Of a stretch of DNA of 64,000 nt, positions 35,073 to 44,086 are shown in pieces (the first letter of the stretch is position 1; every line of letters starts with the position of its first letter). The stretch spans positions 1,174 through 65,173 of the forward strand of contig CAMGEN010000002.1 in NCBI GenBank assembly GCA_946055075.1. Reading direction: 5' to 3'. The translations under genes and the position numbers were made by a program. Below the pieces are notes generated by a model. It saw only the letters and a list, made by a program, of their open reading frames with translations, searched no databases and had not been told where the DNA came from. The DNA comes from an uncultured Verrucomicrobiota bacterium (lineage in GTDB: Bacteria > Verrucomicrobiota > Kiritimatiellia > RFP12 > UBA1067).

Positions 35073-35998
35073 GGCAAAACAATCTTCTGTCCGGTTCTGA
35101 TACGTCCGTCGGTAGAGATCGTCGTCTTGTTGGCATCGCGAATCTTCTGCCACGCGGAACGAAGGCCGTAAAATCGCACCGCAAGCTTGTAAAGGGTGTC
35201 TCCGTCCTGAACCACATATTCTGCAGGTCGCGGCTCATGAGGCGGCTCCGGTCGAGCATCCTTCTTCGCAAAGATCGACTTCGTCGGCTTCGACGACACC
35301 TCAAACGGAGCATCGGACTTCTCCTCGTCGCCATCCAGAAGAAGATTCTTCACATCCTCCGAAACCCGAATCCTATCCGATGGGCTTTCATCCTCATCAT
35401 CAAGTAACGCGGTCTCAGTCATGATCACAGGGCGCGACGAGTCTTCCGACACCTCACCGGTCAGCATCCGCCGCATCCGCTCAAGATCCTTGGCACCCGC
35501 CTCGGCCTTGGCCAGCGCACGTTCAAGACGCTTCTCAAGATCCTTGTTCGCCTTCTCCAGCTCTACGACCCGTTCGGCAAGCTCCGCATTGCGAGATGCC
35601 GCAGCGTCATCACCTGCAGAATACTTCTTGGTCAATTCTGGACCCAATAGCCGTTCACACTGGACGATTCGGTCTTTGGCAAGTCCAGACTTCTCACCAG
35701 TCTTGTCCTGCGCCATAAACTCCCGGTAATTGCACAAAGCACCAAGATAATCCTTTTTCACATCCTGCAACAAACATGCCAACTGGAATCTCGCCGACGC
35801 ATTACCTGGAGTGGCGCAAACCACCCGTTCGAGCCCAGCCACAGCCTTATCGACACGCCCTGCCGCATAATCATCCATCGCAGCGCGATAAATTGAATCA
35901 GAGCGTTCGCGATCAAGCGCGCGACTGCCGATGTAATCGCAGCCAACGGAAACAATAAGCGAAAGCGAGAAAACCCAAAGTGCGGAATTACTCTTCAT
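35069..35998 (-). CDS. Lipoprotein with TPR-like region, coiled coil and C-terminal LysM domain
   Basis: Start taken at ATG 35998 (MKSNSALWVFSLSLIVSVGC lipobox). LysM: YVVQDGDTLYKLAVRFYG...GQKIVLP. Confidence 0.7.
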   Translation of the reverse strand: MKSNSALWVFSLSLIVSVGCDYIGSRALDRERSDSIYRAAMDDYAAGRVDKAVAGLERVVCATPGNASARFQLACLLQDVKKDYLGALCNYREFMAQDKTGEKSGLAKDRIVQCERLLGPELTKKYSAGDDAAASRNAELAERVVELEKANKDLEKRLERALAKAEAGAKDLERMRRMLTGEVSEDSSRPVIMTETALLDDEDESPSDRIRVSEDVKNLLLDGDEEKSDAPFEVSSKPTKSIFAKKDARPEPPHEPRPAEYVVQDGDTLYKLAVRFYGLRSAWQKIRDANKTTISTDGRIRTGQKIVLP

Positions 35999-36926
35999 CC
36001 TCACCATCTCCGTCTTCTTCATCATCTTCGTCATCTTCATCGTCATCCTCATCATCAAATTCATCCGGCGTGTCGTCAATGAAGAAATCGTCGTCATCCT
36101 CCGACTTTTCAGCCCCTTCAGTTTCGGCATCGGAATCGTTGAGCAGAAGTTCCGCCTCGTCGTCGATCGGCGCTTCAGAAGCCTGCTCCCCACCTTCGTC
36201 AGCGTTCGCCTTACCAACGCCAGCCACATCCTCATCCTTCACAGCCTCCGCATTCGCCGCCTCAGCAGCCGCTTCAAGCTCGGTCTTAGATTCTTTCTTC
36301 TTGTAGGACTCGGCCTTAAGGCGCGGATTGGAGCGCTGAAGCGTAGGATCAAGCTCATTGAGCTGTTGCAGATTCGCAAGGCCGAAATGATCAAGAAAGA
36401 TCGGAGTCGTGCCGTAAAGAAAAGGATGCCCCGGAAGCTCAGACTTGCCGACAATGCGGATCAGCTGAAGATCCATCAGCGTCTTGATATTCGCTGTGAC
36501 GTCGACCCCCCGAATCTCCTCGATCTCACTCTTGGTAAGCGGCTGGCGGTATGCGATAATCGCAAGCGTCTCGAGCGAAGCGCGCCCGAGGCGCGATGGA
36601 CGATCCATCTTCAACATCGCCCGCACATAACGCCCGCACGAAGGAGCGGTCTGAAGCCGATAAGTGCCGCCGGTGCAAACGAGCTTAAAACCGCAGTGAG
36701 CTACGTTCAACGCCTTCTCCAGACCTTTCAGAGCCTCGTCGATCTCACGGTTCGTGCAGCTCTGATAAACATCCATGATCTCCTTGTTCTCTCCGTCTTC
36801 CGCCTGAACGGCCTTGACGGCCGCACGAAGCTCAGCAGCGGTAAGGGGATCCTGACTGGCGAACAACAGCGAACCGATAATCTCTTGCAGGGACTGCGGC
36901 AACGGAATCTTCACTTCATCACTCAT
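35988..36926 (-). CDS. scpB: Segregation and condensation protein B with a ~110-aa acidic C-terminal tail
   Basis: SLQEIIGSLLFASQDPLTAAEL..., two winged-helix domains. The tail ends ...DDEDDDEDDEDDEEDGDGEDEE. ATG 36926 overlaps the scpA stop. Confidence 0.88.
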   Translation of the reverse strand: MSDEVKIPLPQSLQEIIGSLLFASQDPLTAAELRAAVKAVQAEDGENKEIMDVYQSCTNREIDEALKGLEKALNVAHCGFKLVCTGGTYRLQTAPSCGRYVRAMLKMDRPSRLGRASLETLAIIAYRQPLTKSEIEEIRGVDVTANIKTLMDLQLIRIVGKSELPGHPFLYGTTPIFLDHFGLANLQQLNELDPTLQRSNPRLKAESYKKKESKTELEAAAEAANAEAVKDEDVAGVGKANADEGGEQASEAPIDDEAELLLNDSDAETEGAEKSEDDDDFFIDDTPDEFDDEDDDEDDEDDEEDGDGEDEE

Positions 36927-37719
36927 AATCGTCCGGTTTCTCCAAAGGCTTGTCTTCCTCGATCTCCTTCGAGGCGACGATGGTAATCTCATGAAATGCC
37001 GCGTTCTGATAGACAATCACGCGGTGCTGACGCAGCAACTCAAGAAGCGCGAGGAATGTAACGATGATTTCGCCGCGGGGCGCTTCCGGTTTGAACAAAG
37101 TGGCGAACGAAACCTGACCTTCGGCCCGAGAGCGTTCAAGAACATAATCCATCTTCTCAGGAACCGAGAAACGGATACCTTTAAGTTCCTCGTGAGGGAT
37201 CTCATTGGCACGTGCTAGAACCTCCTGAAACGCGGACAGCAGATCGTAGAGGTCTAGATTCGCAATCGCAGTCTTAGCATCCGCCGCCGTCTTCTCGAAC
37301 TTAGGACGCCCGCCACCGTAGTCAAAGCAGTTGGCCTTCATCGCCTCCATCGTCTCAAGGCGTAGCGCTGCATCCTTAAACTTCTTGTATTCAACGAGCT
37401 GCCGCACGAGATCGAGACGAGGATCCACCCACTCTTCGTCACCCTCGTTCTCGGCCATACGACGGCTCACCGGTAGCAACATCCGCGACTTGATAACCAT
37501 CAACGTCGCCGCCATCACGATGAATTCACCTGCGATATCAAGATCAAGCTCGCGAGCCTCGTTGATGAACTTCATGTACTCGGTCGTGATGTGCTCAATC
37601 GGGATATCATAAATATCGAGCTCTTCACGACGAATAAGATACAGAAGCAAGTCAAGCGGACCCTCGAAAACATCGAGAGTCACCTTATAATCGTCAGCAA
37701 ATAACTGCTTCTCCGCCAT
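36919..37719 (-). CDS. scpA: Segregation and condensation protein A (kleisin)
   Basis: FEGPLDLLLYLIRREELDIYDIPI. Confidence 0.92.
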   Translation of the reverse strand: MAEKQLFADDYKVTLDVFEGPLDLLLYLIRREELDIYDIPIEHITTEYMKFINEARELDLDIAGEFIVMAATLMVIKSRMLLPVSRRMAENEGDEEWVDPRLDLVRQLVEYKKFKDAALRLETMEAMKANCFDYGGGRPKFEKTAADAKTAIANLDLYDLLSAFQEVLARANEIPHEELKGIRFSVPEKMDYVLERSRAEGQVSFATLFKPEAPRGEIIVTFLALLELLRQHRVIVYQNAAFHEITIVASKEIEEDKPLEKPDDYE

Positions 37720-37727
37720 TCATGAAT

Positions 37728-37736
37728 ATTATATCA
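37728..37736 (-). promoter_or_regulatory. Extended -10 promoter TGATATAAT upstream of scpA
   Basis: Preceded by a T5 run. 8 nt between TATAAT and ATG 37719. Confidence 0.6.
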
Positions 37737-37811
37737 AAAATCTGCGCCAAATGGACTTGAAAGCCGGACAAAACCTGCGTTAAATTCTGCACCGGCGGTC
37801 AGTCAGCCAGC

Positions 37812-39776
37812 CTAAGAAAAGCAAACCTCCGGAAACAGTTCGACGCCTTTGCGAAGAAGGACACGATTACGCATAATCTGCATAAGCGCAAGGAAATCGG
37901 AGGCTGTCGCGGAATCTGGCGGAGCAACGATCACGTTCGCGTGCTCCGACCAGACACTGGCACCGCCGACTCGGAGCCCCTTGCAACCGCAGTCTTCAAG
38001 CAACCGTCCCGCGAAATCTCCTTCCGGATTCCTGAAGACGCTACCCCGAGTGTGCGCTGGAAACTTCCGCCGCTTCGCGAGATAGTACTCCACGCTCTCG
38101 CATTCCCCATTCTTCACTCCCCGTTCCCCTTTAAAACGGACGTCCTGAATCTCGCCGGTCAGATCGGAATGACGATAGGAGAAGCCGCATTCGGAAGCCG
38201 GTATCCATTTGCCGTCCACCTTCACCGATTCGATCACTTCGCAAATTGAGTGTCCGTGCGCTCCGGCGTTCATCTTCACCCACCCGCCGAGCGTACCGGG
38301 AATACCGGACATCCACGGGAAAAGAGTGCTTAGCGCAGGGTGCTTTGTGCCGAGTTGAGACACAGGACCACTCGACTTCACATACTCGACGGATAGATTA
38401 AGGTCGGTCTTGACAGTATTGGTCCCTGCCCCAATCCAAATCTTACGAACCTTAACACCGCCATTCCTAATTCCTAATTCACACTTCCTAATTCTCTCCA
38501 AGATGTCCCCTGCGCCCTGAACCAACGTAACGTCGCCCGGACGCATCGAGTTCCGCGCATGCTCCCACGCATCCTCGCAGCTCTTCGCCAGAAACACTCT
38601 GGCATTCCCTTCTCGACCTCGACCTTCAACCTCAACCTGCCGCAAGGCGGCATACAGATCGCAGCTGTCCCCGCCTTCGATCGGCTTCTCGAACGCGGAA
38701 TAGATCGGACAGATCACCACCTCGTCCGCGAGCATCAGCGCCTCGGCAAACTCGCGTTTGAACGCCGCAGTTCGCGAATAACGGTGCGGCTGAAAAAGAA
38801 CACGGACAATCGGCCGAGAGGACGGGTAAGAGCCAAGAATCTGGGGCGCCCCAAGCAGAACGCGGGCGCGAGTGATGGCGTAACGGATTTCGGTCGGGTG
38901 ATGTCCATAATCCGCATAGACGCCTTCGGCGATTCTCTGGAAGCGACGGTCGGGGAGTTCGGCGGTCACCCGCGGCAGAACCGCCGCGATCGCCGCGGCG
39001 GAATGCCCGCGGGACAACGCGACCCGCACTGCCAGCATCGCATTAGGATCGTGTAGCAAGTGATCAGAGAACAGCAGACGGCTATCGGTTGAGGAACTGC
39101 AGATCCGCAACTGCTCGCTGCCAACCGCTCCCTGTTCGCCCCCCTCGATAACGCGATCGGCATTCGCACGAGCGGTCTCGTAGCATGCGAAGTAATCGGC
39201 AATGGTCTTAAAGTGGTCGGGATGGTCGTATTCACAGTTGGTGACGACAAGCGTCTTCGCATGATAAAGCGCCAGTGTACCGTCCGATTCATCCGCCTCA
39301 ACAACGAGAACGCCGGTATTGGAATCCGATGCCGAAGAATGAATGCCAGCCACCGGAAAGTTTCCGGTCTCGCCGCCGATCGCCCATTCGACCGATTCTC
39401 CGAGCTCGATCAACAGCTTCGCGATAAAGGTCGAAGTCGTGGTCTTACCGTGAGAACCGCAAACGGCGATCGAATCCGAGGACTCGTTAACGATCTCCGC
39501 CAGCACCTCACCGCGGCATCTGCGCCGCGATTCCGCAACGACGTATTCCGGATTGTCCTTGGCGACGGCAGGAGTAACAATCACGAGATCGTGCCCGTCG
39601 ACATGCGCGGCGTCATGCCCGATTGCCACGGGAATCCCAAGTGACTCGAGCCACCGCGTACGCGGCGTTGCCTTCAGATCGCAACCATCGACCTGATGTC
39701 CCCTTGCCTTCAAGAGAACGGCGAGGCCGGCCATGCCAACCCCGCCAATACCTACGAAATGAATCCTCATCATCAC
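37812..39776 (-). CDS. MurC-MurB fusion (UDP-MurNAc:L-Ala ligase + UDP-GlcNAc-enolpyruvyl reductase)
   Basis: N-terminus IHFVGIGGVGMAGLA, GSHGKTTT (MurC). C-terminus SGIPGTLGGWVKMNAGAHG, GSVFRNP, GGASVWSEHANVIV (MurB). Confidence 0.88.
   Translation of the reverse strand: MMMRIHFVGIGGVGMAGLAVLLKARGHQVDGCDLKATPRTRWLESLGIPVAIGHDAAHVDGHDLVIVTPAVAKDNPEYVVAESRRRCRGEVLAEIVNESSDSIAVCGSHGKTTTSTFIAKLLIELGESVEWAIGGETGNFPVAGIHSSASDSNTGVLVVEADESDGTLALYHAKTLVVTNCEYDHPDHFKTIADYFACYETARANADRVIEGGEQGAVGSEQLRICSSSTDSRLLFSDHLLHDPNAMLAVRVALSRGHSAAAIAAVLPRVTAELPDRRFQRIAEGVYADYGHHPTEIRYAITRARVLLGAPQILGSYPSSRPIVRVLFQPHRYSRTAAFKREFAEALMLADEVVICPIYSAFEKPIEGGDSCDLYAALRQVEVEGRGREGNARVFLAKSCEDAWEHARNSMRPGDVTLVQGAGDILERIRKCELGIRNGGVKVRKIWIGAGTNTVKTDLNLSVEYVKSSGPVSQLGTKHPALSTLFPWMSGIPGTLGGWVKMNAGAHGHSICEVIESVKVDGKWIPASECGFSYRHSDLTGEIQDVRFKGERGVKNGECESVEYYLAKRRKFPAHTRGSVFRNPEGDFAGRLLEDCGCKGLRVGGASVWSEHANVIVAPPDSATASDFLALMQIMRNRVLLRKGVELFPEVCFS
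38102..38129 (-). repeat. ATTCNNN/GGGGAAY heptamer array in the MurB part
   Basis: Plus strand attcccc attcttc actcccc gttcccc, encoding KGERGVKNGE. Confidence 0.85.
38463..38497 (-). repeat. TAGGAAT-type heptamer array (x5) at the MurC/MurB domain junction
   Basis: Plus strand attccta attccta attcaca cttccta attctct, encoding RKCELGIRNGG. Confidence 0.88.
38610..38639 (-). repeat. TCRACC-family 30-mer in-frame in the MurC part
   Basis: TTCTCGACCTCGACCTTCAACCTCAACCTG matches 63655-63684 at 28/30 positions. Encodes QVEVEGRGRE. Confidence 0.92.
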
Positions 39777-39797
39777 CCGCAGACAGCCCGAACCACG

Positions 39798-40361
39798 TCA
39801 GATCGGCATGTAGACGATACCGTAGATAGAAGCTGGCTCGGCATTAAGCGCACGAAGACCGTGTTTCACGACAGAGTTGTAGTAAGCGGTATCTCCGGGC
39901 TTGAGAATATGTTTTTCGCGCCCGTAAGTAAGCTCGACTTCGCCAGCAAGACAAATAATCAGCTCCTCGCCTTCATGTGACGACACCTCATCCACTCCAT
40001 CGGCGACAAACTCAATGCGGAACGGATCCATGTGACGATCGGTCTTGCCGATCGCGAGCGAATGAGAGGCGTAGCCGAGGGCGTTAGCACCCTCTCCGGC
40101 GACCTTGTTCGCCATGAGTTCCTTAGCGCGCGTAATGATCGGATCCGGCTTGAACTGATCATCCATAAACGTGCCGAGTCGCTGACCGAGAGCACGGGAA
40201 ATCTTCGTCAAGTAACCGAGAGCAGGAAGCACCTTCCCCTTCTCGATGTCATTGATGACCGCTTCTTTAATGCCGGTCTGTTTCGCGAGATCATAAACGC
40301 TCATCTCAAGACGTTCGCGATACACCCTGATACGGTTGCCGACTTTATTGCCCTTTGCCAT
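39798..40361 (-). CDS. XRE-family HTH regulator with a C-terminal cupin domain
   Basis: HTH: IRVYRERLEMSVYDLAKQTGIKEAVINDIEKGK. Cupin: HEGEELIICLAGEVEL...GDTAYY. Confidence 0.85.
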   Translation of the reverse strand: MAKGNKVGNRIRVYRERLEMSVYDLAKQTGIKEAVINDIEKGKVLPALGYLTKISRALGQRLGTFMDDQFKPDPIITRAKELMANKVAGEGANALGYASHSLAIGKTDRHMDPFRIEFVADGVDEVSSHEGEELIICLAGEVELTYGREKHILKPGDTAYYNSVVKHGLRALNAEPASIYGIVYMPI

Positions 40362-40384
40362 GATTCAATAGTCCTTTGCCCGCT

Positions 40385-40393
40385 ATTATACCA
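40385..40393 (-). promoter_or_regulatory. Extended -10 promoter TGGTATAAT upstream of the XRE/murCB unit
   Basis: 23 nt to ATG 40361, with an AAAGGA SD in between. Confidence 0.55.
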
Positions 40394-40424
40394 AAAAAAC
40401 GGACGGTTCAGTGAAGAACCGCCC
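40393..40424 (-). terminator. Rho-independent terminator after rplI
   Basis: Minus strand GGGCGGTTC-TTCACT-GAACCGTCC followed by GTTTTTTTGG. 9-bp stem with 1 mismatch and a T7 tract. Confidence 0.8.
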
Positions 40425-40451
40425 GCCTTTCAATTCGCGATTACGCGACGT

Positions 40452-40922
40452 TTATTCAGCCGCAGCGGCCTGCTCGTCGAGAATCGTGATCTTGCACTTC
40501 GCCTCAACCCCGTGACCCAGGTTGATCGTGGCGTCGTACTCGCCGACTTCGCGGAGCGAATCCTCAAGCGAGAACTGACCGCGCTCGATCTTGACGCCGC
40601 GCTGTGCCTCGATCGCCGCAAGGAGATCGGTGATGCTGACGGAGCCGTAGAGCTTCTTGCCGTCCGTCGTAGCGGCGGAAACGGTGAGCGCGAGCTTGTC
40701 GAGCTTTTTGGCAACCTCGAGAGCCGCCTTCTTCTCCTCGGCAGCACGAGCGGCACGCTCGGCCTCGAGCTTCTTGAGACGACGCTTCGCCGCTTCAGTA
40801 GCGACGGCCGCGAGACCTTTCGTGAAGAGGTAGTTGCGGGCATAGCCAGGGGCGACCTTGACGATCTCGCCGGCCTTGCCGAGCTTCTTCACGTTATCCA
40901 TGAGCATAACTTCAATAGCCAT
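40452..40922 (-). CDS. rplI: 50S ribosomal protein L9
   Basis: MAIEVMLMDNVKKLGKAGEIVKVAPGYARNYL. Confidence 0.95.
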   Translation of the reverse strand: MAIEVMLMDNVKKLGKAGEIVKVAPGYARNYLFTKGLAAVATEAAKRRLKKLEAERAARAAEEKKAALEVAKKLDKLALTVSAATTDGKKLYGSVSITDLLAAIEAQRGVKIERGQFSLEDSLREVGEYDATINLGHGVEAKCKITILDEQAAAAE

Positions 40923-40940
40923 TGTCGTATTCCTTTCGAC

Positions 40941-41171
40941 TTAAGCCATGAGGCCCATGTTACGGGCGCGCTTAACACCCTGGCGGATCTGACGCTGCTG
41001 CGCGGCGGTGATGCCGGTGATACGAGCGGGCAGAATCTTGCCGTAATCGGTGATGTAATGCTTCAGAGTCTCGATGTCATTGACGTCGATCTGATCGTTC
41101 TTGCCGAGCGGCGGACGCTTACGCGCCGCGAATTCTTCTCCGGCAGAGCTGTTGGATTTCTTGAAAGCCAT
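40941..41171 (-). CDS. rpsR: 30S ribosomal protein S18
   Basis: LKHYITDYGKILPARITGITAAQQRQIRQGVKRARNMGLM. Confidence 0.95.
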   Translation of the reverse strand: MAFKKSNSSAGEEFAARKRPPLGKNDQIDVNDIETLKHYITDYGKILPARITGITAAQQRQIRQGVKRARNMGLMA

Positions 41172-41222
41172 AACTTTTAAAAGTGTTTGGATTATGAGTT
41201 AGTGAGTGTTTGATTCGAAACC

Positions 41223-41657
41223 TCAGAAAGGAATGTCGTCAGGGTCAGCCTCAAGCGGATTCACGGCCGATACCGGAGCGGCGGCAGGCGTTTCCTCGAC
41301 ATTGCGGGGACCGCCGGCGAGCCGATCGCCTTTCGGCAGGAACTTGATCGTCTGAGCACGAACCTTCAGCTTCTGGTGCTTCTGACCGTCCTTCTCCCAC
41401 GAATCCATCTGCAGACGCCCCTCAACGAGAATCGAACTTCCCTTAGAGAGATACTGCCCGCAGAGTTCGGCAAGCTTATCCCAGGCATCCACGTCAATAA
41501 AGACGGGATTGTCAATGACATTGCCATTGCGATCCTTACGTCGCTCCGAAACCGCGAGACCAAGGCGCGCAACTTTCATGCCGCTCGCACCGGTCGCGCG
41601 CACATCGGGATCACGCGTGAGGTTGCCCATTAGGATTACACGGTTAAAGGATGCCAT
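41223..41657 (-). CDS. ssb: Single-stranded DNA-binding protein
   Basis: MASFNRVILMGNLTRDPDVR..., OB fold, C-terminal DDIPF tip. Confidence 0.95.
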   Translation of the reverse strand: MASFNRVILMGNLTRDPDVRATGASGMKVARLGLAVSERRKDRNGNVIDNPVFIDVDAWDKLAELCGQYLSKGSSILVEGRLQMDSWEKDGQKHQKLKVRAQTIKFLPKGDRLAGGPRNVEETPAAAPVSAVNPLEADPDDIPF

Positions 41658-41675
41658 GTCGCACCTTCGCTTTCC

Positions 41676-42065
41676 TTAGGCCTCGATCTTGGCGGCGATG
41701 GCGGCGGCAGCGGCCGCATCCTTCTTCGCCTGCTTCTCGGCGCGAGCCTGGCGTTCAGCCGCGATCTTCGCCTCGCGGCGATCGTCGACAGCGAGAATCT
41801 GGACACGGAAGACCTCTTCAACGAGATGGTAGCGGTTGACGAGCTCGTCGACCTTGAGAGGATCGAGCTCGAAACGCACCTTCACGTACACTCCGGATTC
41901 CTTCTTCGACATCGGGCGCGAGAACACACGCTTACCGAGGTTAACCTGCTCGAGCACATTGCCACCGAGACGGGAAACTTCCGCCAGTGCCTTCTCGAGA
42001 TAGGCTTCGAGGGCGTCTTCCTTGGCGACACCGACGAAGATGTAGAGAGCATCGTACTTCTTCAT
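41676..42065 (-). CDS. rpsF: 30S ribosomal protein S6
   Basis: MKKYDALYIFV...RFELDP..., with a Lys/Ala-rich tail. Confidence 0.9.
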   Translation of the reverse strand: MKKYDALYIFVGVAKEDALEAYLEKALAEVSRLGGNVLEQVNLGKRVFSRPMSKKESGVYVKVRFELDPLKVDELVNRYHLVEEVFRVQILAVDDRREAKIAAERQARAEKQAKKDAAAAAAIAAKIEA

Positions 42066-42745
42066 TACTTCTTCTCCTCCTTCTTGTCAGCGGCCGCAGA
42101 AGCTTCCTCCTCCTTACCCTTCTTGATGACCTCCGGGGCCTTCTCGGCCTCACCGGCCGCAGAAGCCGCACCAGTAGCGGGAAGATCATCCGGAGCCTTG
42201 ACAACGGCCACCGGAATCTCGCCGCGGGTCACGATCGTCTGCTTATCACCGAGCTTGAGGTCACGAACGAACAGCGTCTGGTCGACGTTGAGCGCCGAGA
42301 CATCGATCTCGAACTTCTCCGCGATATCCGTCGGCAGGCAGTCGACATCGATCGTGCGGAGCGTCTGTTCCAGAACGCCGCCACCGATCTTCACGCCGAT
42401 CGCTTCGCCCACGAGATACAACGGAACCGTGACGCGGACCTTCTGGGTCAGCGACACTTCGCTGAAATCAACGTGAATGGGAGTACCCGCCAGGACGTCG
42501 TTCTGCATTTCACGCATGAGCGCCGGAACCTCGGTACCGTTCATATCCAGCGTAACCAACAGCTGCTTGCTAGCATGGCCACGCATCGCCATCATGAACT
42601 CGTGCTTGGGGAGCTTGATGAGCTCCGTGCCGCCCTTGTTCATCTTCATGAGCGAGCCGGGGATCATACCCGACTTGCGCAAACGACGGACCGCACCCGT
42701 TCCCTGCTCGGAACGTGTATCCGCCTTGATCTTGATCTGATCCAT
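42065..42745 (-). CDS. rplY: 50S ribosomal protein L25/general stress protein Ctc
   Basis: Long-form L25 (226 aa): ...GMIPGSLM...VTLDMNG...QNDVLAGTPIHVDF. Acidic/Lys-rich tail. Confidence 0.88.
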   Translation of the reverse strand: MDQIKIKADTRSEQGTGAVRRLRKSGMIPGSLMKMNKGGTELIKLPKHEFMMAMRGHASKQLLVTLDMNGTEVPALMREMQNDVLAGTPIHVDFSEVSLTQKVRVTVPLYLVGEAIGVKIGGGVLEQTLRTIDVDCLPTDIAEKFEIDVSALNVDQTLFVRDLKLGDKQTIVTRGEIPVAVVKAPDDLPATGAASAAGEAEKAPEVIKKGKEEEASAAADKKEEKK

Positions 42746-42820
42746 TTATTGCCTTTTTTGGTAATCCGACCACATACTCTCGCGGCACACGCCGCTACCC
42801 TCCGTGGCAAAACGCGGTAT

Positions 42821-42829
42821 ATTATATCA
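42821..42829 (-). promoter_or_regulatory. Extended -10 promoter TGATATAAT for the rplY-rpsF-ssb-rpsR-rplI unit
   Basis: Preceded by a T5 run. 75-nt leader to ATG 42745. Confidence 0.6.
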
Positions 42830-42859
42830 AAAAGCGCAATTACGACGCAATCCCCTAAA

Positions 42860-44086
42860 TTAGAAAATATGCCCCATCTTTTCGCGCTTGGTATCGAGAT
42901 AGCGCCGGTCGTGAATATTAGCGGGAATCACGATCGGCACCCGCTCGGTGATGGTAAGCCCGTAGCCCTCGAGTCCCTTGATCTTACAAGGATTATTGGT
43001 CATCAACCGAAGCTTGCGGATACCGAGTTCGACGAGAATTTGCGCCCCTTCACCGTAATCACGAAGATCGGGCGCGAAGCCTAACGCGACATTGGCCTCA
43101 ACAGTATCCATGCCTTTCTCCTGCAGATGATAAGCATGGAGTTTGTTCGCAAGCCCTATGCCGCGTCCCTCCTGGCGCATGTAGATAATGGCGCCTCTCC
43201 CTTCCTTCTCAATCATCTCCATCGCCGTATGGAGCTGCGGACCGCAGTCGCAGCGCTCGGATCCGAGCACGTCGCCAGTGAAGCATTCGGAATGCACCCG
43301 CACCAACACCGGTTCGCCGTCCGCTACATCACCCTTCACGAGCGCGAGATGCTCGAGGCCGGAAAGGCGCGAGCGGAACATCGTCAGCTTGAAGTCACCG
43401 TGCTCCGTCGGCAGATCCACCGTCTCGACCCTGTCGACAAGAACGTTGTCACCGCTGTCGACCTCCTCCTCGTTCCTCGACCTTCTGTAGGCGATGAGAT
43501 CGGCTATCGTCATAAGGTGCAGCTTATGCTCCGCGGCGAACGCCTTGATGTCATCCATCCGCGCCATCGTGCCGTCATCCTTCATGATCTCGCAGCAGAG
43601 CCCCACTTCCTTGAGCCCGGCGAGCCGGCAGAGATCGACCGTCGCCTCGGTGTGTCCCGCGCGTTTGAGGACACCGCCTTCACGGGCCTGCAGCGGAAAC
43701 ATGTGCCCCGGGCGGCGGAAGTCCGTCGGCTTCACGTCATCCGCCACGCACCGGAGCGCGGTCATCGAGCGTTCCGCGGCGGATATGCCGGTCGTCGTAT
43801 CGACGCCGTCGATGGAGACGGTGAAGGCGGTCTGATGGTTGTCGGTGTTCTGACGGACCATCTGCGGGAGGTCGAGCTTCTCACACCATGCACGGCTCAT
43901 CGGCATGCAGATGAGACCCTTCGCATACGTGGCCATGAAATTGACGTTCTCCGTCGTCGCGAACTCGGCGGCGCAGATACAGTCTCCCTCGTTCTCCCGG
44001 TCCTCGTCATCTGTGACCAGCACGATCTCGCCGCGCTTCAACGCTTCCAGACACGCTTCTACCGAACTGAATTCACCGCTCTTCAA
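42860..44086 (-). CDS. ribBA: Bifunctional 3,4-dihydroxy-2-butanone-4-phosphate synthase / GTP cyclohydrolase II
   Basis: [10 protein letters not shown] (RibB) and [21 protein letters not shown] (RibA). TTG start with GGAGG 7 nt upstream. Confidence 0.93.
   Translation of the reverse strand: MKSGEFSSVEACLEALKRGEIVLVTDDEDRENEGDCICAAEFATTENVNFMATYAKGLICMPMSRAWCEKLDLPQMVRQNTDNHQTAFTVSIDGVDTTTGISAAERSMTALRCVADDVKPTDFRRPGHMFPLQAREGGVLKRAGHTEATVDLCRLAGLKEVGLCCEIMKDDGTMARMDDIKAFAAEHKLHLMTIADLIAYRRSRNEEEVDSGDNVLVDRVETVDLPTEHGDFKLTMFRSRLSGLEHLALVKGDVADGEPVLVRVHSECFTGDVLGSERCDCGPQLHTAMEMIEKEGRGAIIYMRQEGRGIGLANKLHAYHLQEKGMDTVEANVALGFAPDLRDYGEGAQILVELGIRKLRLMTNNPCKIKGLEGYGLTITERVPIVIPANIHDRRYLDTKREKMGHIF

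Noticed and set aside
35998-36235. Met/Lys/Arg/Thr-rich N-terminal extension of ORF 35069..36235
   Set aside because: It is the alternate reading frame of the scpB poly-acidic tail (GAT/GAA repeats). A lipoprotein signal peptide starts at ATG 35998, which is the more plausible start.
42746-42820. 75-nt rplY leader as a riboswitch or ribosomal-protein autoregulatory leader
   Set aside because: Only small hairpins (CGGC-GTGT-GCCG) are visible, and I could not recognise a known leader structure by eye.
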